A stretch of 33,413 nucleotides of DNA from Candidatus Hodarchaeum mangrovi (GTDB lineage: Archaea > Asgardarchaeota > Heimdallarchaeia > Hodarchaeales > Hodarchaeaceae): contig JAEOUE010000210.1 in assembly GCA_016839515.1 (NCBI GenBank), positions 1 through 33,413 of the forward strand, read 5' to 3'. The translations under genes were made by a program, and so were the position numbers. Positions within the stretch are counted from its first letter, which is position 1. Each line of letters opens with the position of its first letter. A model generated the notes under the pieces. That model was not told where the DNA came from. It saw only the letters and a list, made by a program, of their open reading frames with translations, and did no database searches. This document shows positions 19,544 through 28,790 of the stretch, piece after piece.

Positions 19544-20671
19544 ATGGATGTCCCAATGAAAGAAGTTATTCCATCTTTTTTGGATGAAACGCCAGATATT
19601 TTATCATTTGAGGATCTAAGAAAGTTAACCAAGTTAGTTTTTATCCCTTCAGGGTATATTATTCAGTTGAAAGATATTCATGGAAATATTTTATGGGAGG
19701 ATGAACATACACTTAAACTCAAAGGTGATCGTGTAGGTCAAAAATGCTACAAGGTTAATTTCGGTCGTGATAGCCCATGTCCACATTGCACAGCAATTGA
19801 CAGTTTACAAAATATGGTACCTCAGACAAAAGAAGACCGAAGTTTAATAGATGGAAAATGGTATAGGATTATCGCTATTCCAATTGTATTTCAAAGAGAA
19901 ATAACCTCGCTAGAATTGATGAGGGATATAACTGAAGAGAAACATCGTGATCAACAGGTGGAATCTATAATATCAACCAGAACTCTTATAACAAATATCA
20001 TTAGGCATGATGTCCCAAATTATTTAAATACTATTAATTTTGCATTAGAAGGTTTAAAATCTGAACTAAAGGATTCGTCAAATTCAAGATTTTTGGAAAT
20101 AGCACAATCAAACACAGAACGTACAATATCACTCTTAAACCGACTTAGAGAGTTAAGTCTATTAGAGGATCCTCTAGAGGATCTATATCTAGTTAATATT
20201 GATGATATTGTTAGAAAAAGCGCCTCTGAAGTCCAAAAATCCTTTCCCGAAAAATCTATTGAAATTAACATTGAAAAATTATCTGAAAAAACATGGATTT
20301 TAGGTAATGAATTAATATCTGAGATTTATTTAAATATAATTCAAAATGCTATAAAATACACCCCTAGCGAGAAGGTTACAATTGATATTCTTATTAGCCA
20401 TATTACAACCCAACAAGAATATGTAAATGTCAAAATTACAGATTATGGAAGAGGAATCCCCCCCAATCTTAAAGAAGTGATTTTTGATCGTCGTAATAGG
20501 ATTAATAAAGGTTGGAAACCAACTAAAAACGCAACGGGATTAGGAATGACCATTATTAAATCTTTGATAGATACTTTTGGGGGCCATATTGAGATATTAA
20601 ATCGTATCCCAGAAGATTGGACTCAAGGAACCGTTATTGTAACCAGATTTCCTCAATCTCAAGTTCAATAA
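19544..20671 (+). CDS. Cytoplasmic sensor histidine kinase (PAS-like + HisKA + HATPase)
   Basis: H-box IRHDVPN, N-box NIIQNAIKY, G1 DYGRGIP and G2 TGLGM; N-terminal PAS-like segment with CYKVNFGRDSPCPHC; no TM helix. Confidence 0.9.
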   Translation: MDVPMKEVIPSFLDETPDILSFEDLRKLTKLVFIPSGYIIQLKDIHGNILWEDEHTLKLKGDRVGQKCYKVNFGRDSPCPHCTAIDSLQNMVPQTKEDRSLIDGKWYRIIAIPIVFQREITSLELMRDITEEKHRDQQVESIISTRTLITNIIRHDVPNYLNTINFALEGLKSELKDSSNSRFLEIAQSNTERTISLLNRLRELSLLEDPLEDLYLVNIDDIVRKSASEVQKSFPEKSIEINIEKLSEKTWILGNELISEIYLNIIQNAIKYTPSEKVTIDILISHITTQQEYVNVKITDYGRGIPPNLKEVIFDRRNRINKGWKPTKNATGLGMTIIKSLIDTFGGHIEILNRIPEDWTQGTVIVTRFPQSQVQ

Positions 20672-20704
20672 GAATAAAATACTATTAATAATCCTAACTT
20701 AGAC

Positions 20705-22072
20705 TCATTCATAAGTATCACGAAATTTGTTCATTTCAATATCAAAGTCATTTTTCCAAGTTGGATAGTTTTCTGGATCATTTGGATAGTTGGAAAATAT
20801 TTTTTCAAATTTTTGGGTACTTTTCGATACTCTAGCAATTGTTAATAAAATATCATAACGGGGAAAGGCTTTGATCGCAATTTTAACCATTTCAAACAAC
20901 CCCAATTTCTTTCCCGAGTGAATATTAATGAATTGATCTTTTGAAAGGATAGATCTACGTATTAAAAACTCCAGACCAGAAACCTTGATTTTTTTTAGTG
21001 CCTCGGAGAATAATTGAATTTTTGTATGACTTAACCCAAAATGGTTCATGATCTTATTATTATATTGCCATAAGAATTCTTCTGAATGATATTTATCTAT
21101 TTCAATGGCCTTAGATGCAATTTCGCCTGCGTAATAACCAGCTATTAATGCTGGACCGTGACCTTCGGCAGTAAATGGATTTACATGAAGTGCTGCATCA
21201 CCAGCGGTAAGAAAACCTGGAACAATGGCATTTGTAAGTGGGTATCTAGTTGGAATTTGTCCTCCTCCTTTATCTAGAACTTCATATGTACCCTCTGGAT
21301 AATATTTATTCAAAACTTCCCGGAAGAGCTCCTTCATTCCTCTATCAGACTTTCTATCCATGTACCACCCGATTCCGACATTTAACTGTTTTTCTCCTTT
21401 ACTAAAAATCCAGAAGTATCCAGGTTCGGGAATAGTTTCATCATAGATCAAGTAAAGCTCATTATGGTACGGATGATCTTGATTCTTTAATGATATAATT
21501 TCTCTATATGTTGCAGCGATGTCTCGTTTTTCCAAATGCTTTTCTAAGAATGGAAAAAGCCGCTCAGGTAGAGTTTTACGAATTATAAAATTTCTACCAG
21601 AACAATCAATGGTTATCTTTGCATGGATTTCAGACAATATTCCTTCACCTCCCTTTTCTACAACTACTGCACCCCTTACTGAAAAATCGTCATAGAGAGC
21701 ACTAATGACCTTCGTATTATCCTTGATCTCTACTCCAAGCCCCTCAGCCATTTTTAATAATCGTTGTCCATAAGGATGTCGATTCAAAACATACCCATCT
21801 CCTGATAGAGGAAAAGAGACATTATGTGATTTGAAAATAGCCCGTTCAACAAAATCAGCGACTTCATTTCCCGTTGGATGTGGTATTCCTAAATTTCTTT
21901 CTAAGAACTTAATTGGTTCAAGATTCAGTGCATCTCCACAAACCTTATTCCCAATTTCTTGATAACTCTTTGAATCAACCAAAATCACTTCTCTTCCCTG
22001 TTTTGCTGCAGTTATGGCTGAAATTATCCCTGCAGGTCCACCACCTACTATTAAGATCTCTGTTTCGACCAT
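20705..22072 (-). CDS. Geranylgeranyl reductase family flavoprotein (DGGGPL reductase-like)
   Basis: GGGPAG, KVCGDA, PGYFWIF, NVGIG and GDAA..VNPFTAEG. Confidence 0.88.
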   Translation of the reverse strand: MVETEILIVGGGPAGIISAITAAKQGREVILVDSKSYQEIGNKVCGDALNLEPIKFLERNLGIPHPTGNEVADFVERAIFKSHNVSFPLSGDGYVLNRHPYGQRLLKMAEGLGVEIKDNTKVISALYDDFSVRGAVVVEKGGEGILSEIHAKITIDCSGRNFIIRKTLPERLFPFLEKHLEKRDIAATYREIISLKNQDHPYHNELYLIYDETIPEPGYFWIFSKGEKQLNVGIGWYMDRKSDRGMKELFREVLNKYYPEGTYEVLDKGGGQIPTRYPLTNAIVPGFLTAGDAALHVNPFTAEGHGPALIAGYYAGEIASKAIEIDKYHSEEFLWQYNNKIMNHFGLSHTKIQLFSEALKKIKVSGLEFLIRRSILSKDQFINIHSGKKLGLFEMVKIAIKAFPRYDILLTIARVSKSTQKFEKIFSNYPNDPENYPTWKNDFDIEMNKFRDTYE

Positions 22073-22321
22073 TCCCTGATCTCCATTAAATATTTGATAA
22101 ATAAACTAATAATTTTCAAAAATTATAATTTCTATATATTAATCTTCCTTTAAAAGCCAATTTATTCTTAAAATTAATCCGCTTAACGAAATGGACATGA
22201 GAAAGAGATGTTAGAAATAATTTTAAAAATCTTGAAGCTATCAAACTGATAGTAAACTATTTTTAAAATTCATAAATCTTTATTAAGTTCCTTGTATTTC
22301 AAATCGAATTGAGGTTACTAT

Positions 22322-23362
22322 TTGAAAGCATATAACCGAAGGCTTTACCTTAATAATTGGGCAATCCTTGTGGATGAAAAAAGTCAAGAGGTAATGTGGT
22401 ATTATGGAGATATAGCTGAACCAAAAATCACTCAAACCATAGATTTCATTCAAGCTCTCTCTAAACTTGGGACTGAAATTTATTCTGAAACTATTGGAAT
22501 AATTCGTCTCAAATATCCCCGTCCACATCCAACAAAAGCGAAAGAAATAATGTTAGTAAATCTGTTAGATAGATATCATTTTGTTATCTCAGATCCTTTA
22601 GTTACAACCCGATTAATCCAAAAGGTTCAAGTTATTGAAAGTGATTCAATCCCTCACTTGGATGAGATAAGAAGTATCTTAGCTGGATCTGCATCAGTGA
22701 TTTATTCTGAATTTTATACTCATGAAAAGCAACTAGATCCCAAAGTTGTTGATAGTTTATTTCAAGAAGCTCTTGAAGCAGTTACTCTTGATCAAGAAAA
22801 GGTCTCAGTGGGAAATGGTGAATGTTCATTTTCTGCTCTAACCTTAGAAGAGCTATTGTTTTTCCATGCTCTATTGAAGAAAATTTTTGAATCTTATGTC
22901 TATATATCCAGAGATGATCGACCTTGGGGGCTATTACATTCAATTTCAGGAGCTCAGATTTATTTAGAATATGACCCTGTGGTAGATTCTGCACTAATTA
23001 GTGCTTTCTCTTCAGTAATTGTAACTTATTGCAGATTACTTTTTGGAGGAGATCCAGAACGATTGGTATATGGGAGTCATTCCATCTCAGGAATGGATTT
23101 TATTACTACAACAGATAATATCTTTGTAACAAATAACCCAAGACGGTTACTTCATTTGGAAAAATTTATTAGACAATGGAAAAAAGTTCCTCCAACCGTA
23201 ATCACTGATTTAGCACCCGCAATGAAAGATTATTTTGTGGACCTTGTGGTTACAGAACATCGCGAAAAATTAAAAAAATTGGAGTTACAACAGATTATAA
23301 ATAGGCTTACAAAAATGGGAATTCGTCGTGCAAATGCTTATAAGCTACCTGTTAATGAGTAA
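22322..23362 (+). CDS. Hypothetical protein, putative tandem longin-like domains
   Basis: 346-aa ORF with TTG start and GAGGT RBS. Two beta-beta-alpha-beta-beta-beta segments, the second being WGLLHSISGAQIY...DSALISAFSSVIVTYCRLLFGGDPERLVYG. The ORF is solid; the fold is inferred by eye. Confidence 0.6.
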   Translation: MKAYNRRLYLNNWAILVDEKSQEVMWYYGDIAEPKITQTIDFIQALSKLGTEIYSETIGIIRLKYPRPHPTKAKEIMLVNLLDRYHFVISDPLVTTRLIQKVQVIESDSIPHLDEIRSILAGSASVIYSEFYTHEKQLDPKVVDSLFQEALEAVTLDQEKVSVGNGECSFSALTLEELLFFHALLKKIFESYVYISRDDRPWGLLHSISGAQIYLEYDPVVDSALISAFSSVIVTYCRLLFGGDPERLVYGSHSISGMDFITTTDNIFVTNNPRRLLHLEKFIRQWKKVPPTVITDLAPAMKDYFVDLVVTEHREKLKKLELQQIINRLTKMGIRRANAYKLPVNE

Positions 23363-23377
23363 AGATCAAAAAAAAGA

Positions 23378-23542
23378 TTAAAAATAATTTTCTTCTTGTT
23401 TGATTAGTTTAGAACATATTGAACATTTATAAAGACGAACTCCATCATGTTCATGTTGACCAATTGTCTTATTTCGATCAAAAGAAGTACCCTCACCTAT
23501 TGGTTTGAATTGATGACCAAAAATTAAACATTTTAGTTTCAT
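23378..23542 (-). CDS. Small zinc-finger protein (54 aa, C-x4-H...C-x2-C; DUF1660-like)
   Basis: Not in the track. MKLKCLIFGHQFKPIGEGTSFDRNKTIGQHEHDGVRLYKCSICSKLIKQEENYF*; GGTGA RBS; starts 12 bp after the YbaK-family stop on the same strand. Confidence 0.78.
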   Translation of the reverse strand: MKLKCLIFGHQFKPIGEGTSFDRNKTIGQHEHDGVRLYKCSICSKLIKQEENYF

Positions 23543-23554
23543 TTTTATCACCAA

Positions 23555-24022
23555 TTACAAAGGTATCGAAATATCTGCTATTAATGGGTGTGTACAATCT
23601 AGTAGCTCATCTAATGAAATTTTTAAATTCCGATTTGACTTTCCTCCTCCTCCAAAAAAAATATTTTTATTTAAAGCTATTTCATCGATGATAACAGGTA
23701 TGGTTAAACTAATGGGAGGAATATCACCAATGTTATATCCAGTTATGTTTTCCACTTCTTCAGGGGAAGCGAGAGCTACATCTTTTATTCCTAAAATATC
23801 TTTAATTTTCTTGGTCTTTATTTTTCTATTTCCTTGTAATAAAATAAGATAGAAAGTTGATATTTTATACTTATCTTTACATAGAACAACGATTGATTTT
23901 ATTATATCTTCAGGCTTACACTTTAATGCAGCTATAGCTTCAGATACGGTTTTAACGGACTTTTTATGCTCAATAATATCAGCTTTAAGATTTTTTGCTA
24001 TAATATATTCATCTAGTAACAT
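23555..24022 (-). CDS. YbaK/EbsC-family aminoacyl-tRNA deacylase (trans-editing domain)
   Basis: TVSEA, IIKSIV (conserved Lys), LASPEEV..ITGY.IG.IPP and GGG motif. Confidence 0.88.
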   Translation of the reverse strand: MLLDEYIIAKNLKADIIEHKKSVKTVSEAIAALKCKPEDIIKSIVVLCKDKYKISTFYLILLQGNRKIKTKKIKDILGIKDVALASPEEVENITGYNIGDIPPISLTIPVIIDEIALNKNIFFGGGGKSNRNLKISLDELLDCTHPLIADISIPL

Positions 24023-24070
24023 TTCTAATATAACCCTGATTTATAATACATATAAAAAAATTATTTAATT

Positions 24071-24610
24071 ATGATCAATGGTAAAAATGTTTCTTTAAGG
24101 GGTCTTGAATTAGCAGATGTCCAAGAGCTTATGAAGCATTGGAATAAAAAAGAAGTAAAAAAATTTCTTCTAACAATAAGTCCTCACTCTTTGGAAGAAG
24201 AAGTTGAATGGATTAAATCAACGTGGGAAAGACGAAAAAAAGGAGAATCTTATATCTTTGCTATTGAACTTCTAAGTGAGCAACTGCATATTGGAAATAT
24301 AGAACTTCGGATTGCAGACCAAATTAGTCGAAGAGGTGAAGTTGGGATTGTAATTTTCAATTCTGATTTTTGCTCTAAAGGTCATGGTACCGAAGCTTTA
24401 AGACTTCTTTTAGATTATGGATTTAAAGCGCTTAATCTTAATTCGATTGAACTTCAAGTTTTTGAAACAAATCTACGTGCAATTAGATGTTATAACAAGG
24501 TAGGTTTCAAGGAAGTTGGAAGAAGAAGAAAAGCGAGGTTTTCTGAAGGAAAATATATTGATCTGCTCATAATGGACATTTTACGACAGGAATTTCTCCC
24601 TTTGGAGTAA
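24071..24610 (+). CDS. GNAT N-acetyltransferase, RimJ/RimL family
   Basis: V.LR.LE..D, HIGNIEL, acetyl-CoA loop SKGHGTEA, N.RAIRCY.KVGFKEVG. Confidence 0.92.
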   Translation: MINGKNVSLRGLELADVQELMKHWNKKEVKKFLLTISPHSLEEEVEWIKSTWERRKKGESYIFAIELLSEQLHIGNIELRIADQISRRGEVGIVIFNSDFCSKGHGTEALRLLLDYGFKALNLNSIELQVFETNLRAIRCYNKVGFKEVGRRRKARFSEGKYIDLLIMDILRQEFLPLE

Positions 24611-24703
24611 TTATTCCAATAATAATGATTTTAAGACCTTAAACATTATAATATATTTAGTTTAAAGGAAAGAGAGAATAACAAAAAATCAAAAGAATCG
24701 AAA

Positions 24704-24727
24704 GGAGGAAAAAAACTCCCTCCCTCC
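24704..24727 (-). terminator. Candidate terminator between the convergent GNAT gene and the micro-ORF
   Basis: GGAGG...CCTCC inverted repeat followed on the minus strand by T-rich runs. Confidence 0.25.
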
Positions 24728-24830
24728 AAATTTAAATCAGAACTAAAAACAAACTTGCTTTACCCAATGTATAAAATGAATATTTTACTTAGGAGGAAGC
24801 TAATTTCTATTTAAAGTTGTATTGGGGAGC

Positions 24831-24893
24831 TTATTTCTTTTTAGGGGTAGTTTTAGGAGCTTCTTTCTTAGGCTGAGCTTTTTTCTCTTCCAT
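24831..24893 (-). CDS. Candidate 20-aa Lys/Pro-rich micropeptide MEEKKAQPKKEAPKTTPKKK
   Basis: ATG at 24893 with AAGGTGA 5 nt upstream; low-complexity K/P/A/E/T composition; TAA stop. Confidence 0.5.
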   Translation of the reverse strand: MEEKKAQPKKEAPKTTPKKK

Positions 24894-24905
24894 CTGATTC
24901 ACCTT

Positions 24906-24921
24906 CTATAAACGTTTATAG
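24906..24921. promoter_or_regulatory. Perfect 16-bp palindrome CTATAAACGTTTATAG (TATA-like or operator candidate)
   Basis: Exact dyad symmetry directly upstream of the micro-ORF RBS; contains TATAAA on both strands. Confidence 0.4.
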
Positions 24922-25458
24922 TCAAAATGCTGACCCTTTGGGTTTTTGGGTCGTGTATACATTTTTTTCATTCAGAATTTAAACTTTACCTAGATAAACT
25001 ACAATTCCTTCTACTAAAAGAAATTACTTCTCATTTAATCAATTCTTAGGAATTTATAAGCAAAATTATTGCAGCAAATTATCTTATTCTACAAAAAATC
25101 AGAAACTAAATCTGTTCATGATTTACATTTAAAAGTGACATTTGAAATTATTTCAGTCTAATAACCCAAAAAATTAATGTATAGCAAGAAATATGAAATT
25201 ATGAACTATAACACAATCCTATCCAAGTTTTTTTACTTATTGAACCCTTAAAATTCCAATATCTATTTCAAATTACTTATTCAAAAAATTTTTTTTTGAT
25301 TATAAATTCTTGAGTTTGTTGGTCTCATTTTCCTTCTTAAATAGTAAAGATCTATTTGTATTAGCTAATTGGTATATATTTTCAGCTCCACGAAAGGTTT
25401 TTTTGTTATTTATACAATCTAAGAAATGAAAAAGAAGGATCATAAGGTTGTTTGATAA

Positions 25459-27168
25459 ATGGTAGTAGAAGGAATTTGGTTAAACTCATATCCAAAAGGA
25501 GTTCCTAAAACCTTAGAATACCCATTAAAAACTATTTCTGATACATTAGTAGAAAGTGCAACAGATTTTCCTGAAAAACCAGCAATTCTCCTCGCTGGAA
25601 AAAATTTTAAAACAACAAAGATAACATATAGAGAATTAAATCAAAAATCTACTAATTTTGCTAAGAATCTTTATAAAAGACTTAATATAAGAAAAGGTGA
25701 TCGAATTGCCCTTTATCTCCCCAATTTCCCTGAATTTATTATCGCTTATTATGCTTGTCAAAAATTGGGAGCAATTGTTGTACCATTAAATATATTATTT
25801 TCAGTTAAAGAATTAGAATATCATATTCGTGATTCTGGAGCTCGTATCTTAATAACTACTGATGTAAAGACTTCATCTCCCAGTAATTTGGAAAAAACAC
25901 GCATCGTCAAAGCTAACCTTGATCAATTAGAATATATCATCGTTGCTTCCGTTAAACCTTATCTATCCACAATTAAAAAACACATAGGATCTATAGTTGG
26001 TCGAATAGAAAAATTGAAAGCTTCAGAATTTTACTTTGATGATTTTTTAAAGGAAATGAACGATTTTGAATTACCAGTCCTAGAAATCGATCCAAAAGAA
26101 GATATTGCGATGATCCCCTATACAGGAGGAACAACTGGAACAGCAAAAGGAGTTATGCTCACACATTGGAATCTTACAACAAATTTTTATGCCGCATATC
26201 ATTGGATAATCCCCTTATTTAATGGATTGCCTCCTAAAGGAGAATTGAAATTTCTAGCAGCTCTTCCATTATTCCATCTCTTCGGGAATGCGATATGCAT
26301 GGTTTTTGCAATCTTTTTAGCTTCAGAAATTATCCTAGTTCCAAATCCACGTGAAAGAAATTTTACAGAGCTTCTAGAATTAATCGATAAATATAAGCCA
26401 AATTTCTTTCCCTTTGTCCCAACAGGATATATTGCTCTGCTTAATCATCCAAAGATTCATAATTATGATCTAAAATCTATTGATTTTTGTCTTTCAGCTG
26501 CTGCACCGTTATCAGTTGAAGTTATGAGAAAATTCGAAGAAATCAGTGGAACAACAATTCTTGAGGGGTGGGGCCTTACTGAAACAAGTCCTATCGCAAG
26601 TGCAAATACCCCAATTAAACGAAAAATTGGTTCTGTAGGAATCCCAATTCCTGATACTGAAGTAGCCATATTTGATCCAGAGGATAAAGAAAAACGTTTA
26701 TCATTTGATCAGATCGGAGAATTAGGAATAAAAGGCCCACAAATAATGAAAGGTTATTGGAATAAAAAAGAAGAGACTGAAAATGTCATGAATTCTCAAG
26801 GTTTCTTTTTAACAGGAGATATCGGTCGTATTGATAAAGAAGGGTTTATCTATATTGAGGATCGTAAAAAAGATATGATTATTGCTTCTGGATACAAAAT
26901 ATTTCCTCGAGAGATTGAAGAATTCTTTTTTCAACATCCTAGTGTTGAAAATTGTGCAGTTATTGGTATTCCAGATGAATATAGAGGAGAAAAACCATCA
27001 TGCTTTGTTGTTTTAAAAGAGAATTCTACTATCACAGAAGAAGAACTAATGGAATATGCAAAAAAAGGCTTAAGCAAATATAAAGTACCAAGCAAGATTG
27101 AAATTCGGAAAGCTCTCCCCACAAACATTGTTGGGAAAGTTCTTAAACGAAAGTTACGTGAAGAATAA
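25459..27168 (+). CDS. Long-chain-fatty-acid--CoA ligase (FadD/LcfA-like)
   Basis: YTGGTTGTAKG, GWGLTETSP, TGDIG, DRKKDMII.SG and terminal VGKVLK. Confidence 0.94.
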   Translation: MVVEGIWLNSYPKGVPKTLEYPLKTISDTLVESATDFPEKPAILLAGKNFKTTKITYRELNQKSTNFAKNLYKRLNIRKGDRIALYLPNFPEFIIAYYACQKLGAIVVPLNILFSVKELEYHIRDSGARILITTDVKTSSPSNLEKTRIVKANLDQLEYIIVASVKPYLSTIKKHIGSIVGRIEKLKASEFYFDDFLKEMNDFELPVLEIDPKEDIAMIPYTGGTTGTAKGVMLTHWNLTTNFYAAYHWIIPLFNGLPPKGELKFLAALPLFHLFGNAICMVFAIFLASEIILVPNPRERNFTELLELIDKYKPNFFPFVPTGYIALLNHPKIHNYDLKSIDFCLSAAAPLSVEVMRKFEEISGTTILEGWGLTETSPIASANTPIKRKIGSVGIPIPDTEVAIFDPEDKEKRLSFDQIGELGIKGPQIMKGYWNKKEETENVMNSQGFFLTGDIGRIDKEGFIYIEDRKKDMIIASGYKIFPREIEEFFFQHPSVENCAVIGIPDEYRGEKPSCFVVLKENSTITEEELMEYAKKGLSKYKVPSKIEIRKALPTNIVGKVLKRKLREE

Positions 27169-27170
27169 TC

Positions 27171-27893
27171 TCATTCTGAGTTTTTCTTTTTCAGTATTTG
27201 TTTCTGAATATTAGCAACGATATTATCTTCTTCTTTCTTCATAAAATAGACACACTTTGTTTTTAAAAAGCAGGTTGGGCATTTTGGTTTATTTTTTTGA
27301 CAGACATTCTGTGAATGAACTACTATTAATGCATGAAGCTTTCCAAATTCTTTAAAATCTTGATTAAATGCACTACCTATGTATTTTTGCACAATTTCAT
27401 AGTTTTTGGTTAAAAATTCAGCTTTTCCTAGGAATCTTGCCAGAAAACGTCTAGTATAGGTACCAACAATAGGTATAGATTGCCCATAACAAAATTCTAA
27501 TATCGAATCAGCAGTTTCCTTACCAATTCCTTTTATTTTTAATAACGACTCTCTTGAGGGAGTTTTAGAGCCTTGAGAAATCAAAAATCTACTTAAATTA
27601 ATTATATATTCTGATTTTTGTTTATAGAATCCTGCAAATCTTACCGCTTCCTCTAAATATCTTTGATCATTATCCACAATGGATTGGAAAGAAAAAAGCC
27701 CCATTTTTTCTAATTCAGATATTGCACGGCTTACATTCCCCCAGTTTGTATTTTGAACTAATATAGTCCCGATAACAACTTCATAAAATTCCTTTGGGGT
27801 CTTTTCTCGTTTTATCCAAAGCTCCCATGTTTCGTGATGAGGATTCATCTTTGTATAATTTTCTCGGAGTAATAAAAAGACCTTAGGTAACAT
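27171..27893 (-). CDS. HhH-GPD endonuclease III-related protein with a [4Fe-4S] motif
   Basis: ILVQNTNW, AGFYKQK, HhH LLKIKGIGKETADSIL and C-x6-C-x2-C-x5-C; the catalytic Asp position reads Gly. Confidence 0.88.
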   Translation of the reverse strand: MLPKVFLLLRENYTKMNPHHETWELWIKREKTPKEFYEVVIGTILVQNTNWGNVSRAISELEKMGLFSFQSIVDNDQRYLEEAVRFAGFYKQKSEYIINLSRFLISQGSKTPSRESLLKIKGIGKETADSILEFCYGQSIPIVGTYTRRFLARFLGKAEFLTKNYEIVQKYIGSAFNQDFKEFGKLHALIVVHSQNVCQKNKPKCPTCFLKTKCVYFMKKEEDNIVANIQKQILKKKNSE

Positions 27894-28030
27894 GATTTTC
27901 GCCTTATTATTTATTTAATACTGATTCTTTCAAACTGATTAAAGAACGGAGCTGCATTTTTTATATAAGGCTTTTTATATGACGCATTGTCAAGATCTAC
28001 TTTTAATATCATCTTGTTTGATATTCTTGT

Positions 28031-28438
28031 ATGTCTTTTGACCAATCTAACAATATAGTTGAAGCATTAGCTTGGCAGATTATGATTGTTTCCCTTTTTC
28101 ATGCATTAGTACGTCAAACCTTAAATCTTCTTTTTACTATGGTTGGAATCTCAAATCCTAAGGATTCAGACCAATATCTCAAATATATTTTTAATTTAGT
28201 TAGAAAAGGAATTATTTATGTCCCAGAGGCAAGATTGGAAGTTTTTCAGACAATAGCTGAATCTATTGATGCTTATCTTGTGAAAGATTATGATGAAACT
28301 ATACGACATTTCATAAAACAATTAAATGACATAAAAATTGAACTAGAAGGAATTACGAAATTAAAGGAAATCCCAATTAACGCCTTAACCGATTTAAAGA
28401 ATTTAGCAGAGGGAAAATATGTTGAATCTTTTCATTAA
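28031..28438 (+). CDS. Hypothetical protein (135 aa, predicted helical)
   Basis: ORF with TTTATAT boxes upstream and no competing long ORF; no recognised motif. Confidence 0.6.
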   Translation: MSFDQSNNIVEALAWQIMIVSLFHALVRQTLNLLFTMVGISNPKDSDQYLKYIFNLVRKGIIYVPEARLEVFQTIAESIDAYLVKDYDETIRHFIKQLNDIKIELEGITKLKEIPINALTDLKNLAEGKYVESFH

Positions 28439-28575
28439 TTCATATTCAAAAAATAAGAGTTAATAAAATCAATTATTTTTTTAAACCTCTTCTAATCCTC
28501 CCCTTATCATATTCCCAGAGTAAAATATATAGAAATAAGATTTTTTTTGTCAAAAAAAGAGAGGAGTCTTTTATA

Positions 28576-28755
28576 TTGCCTAAAATTAGTGTAGAGGTTC
28601 CACAGCATATCCTGGATGATTTAAGTATTCATATTGGAGATGATAAAAAGTTTGTTTCATTAAGTGATGCTGTAAGAACTGCATTAAGAAAACTCTTAGA
28701 CAATTTAGATGAAATCGATCGACGACATGGGCGTATCAATGGAAATGAAGTATAA
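28576..28755 (+). CDS. Ribbon-helix-helix (CopG/Arc/MetJ) transcriptional regulator, 59 aa
   Basis: Not in the track. TTG start after GAGGAG; MPKISVEVPQHILDDLSIHIGDDKKFVSLSDAVRTALRKLLDNLDEIDRRHGRINGNEV* shows an alternating beta strand followed by the S.S.AVR.ALR helix. Confidence 0.88.
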   Translation: MPKISVEVPQHILDDLSIHIGDDKKFVSLSDAVRTALRKLLDNLDEIDRRHGRINGNEV

Positions 28756-28790
28756 TAATAACAAACTAAACATTTGAGGAATAATTCAAA

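Noticed and set aside
15687-25458. CRISPR array, tRNA or IS element in the two long intergenic gaps (15687-16541 and 24611-25458)
   Set aside because: I saw no regularly spaced repeats, cloverleaf or T-loop motif, terminal inverted repeats or transposase ORF.
28590-28620. AGAGGTTC resembling the start of a preQ1-I riboswitch near yhhQ
   Set aside because: It lies inside the RHH coding sequence and lacks the complementary CCCTC strand and the A-rich tail.
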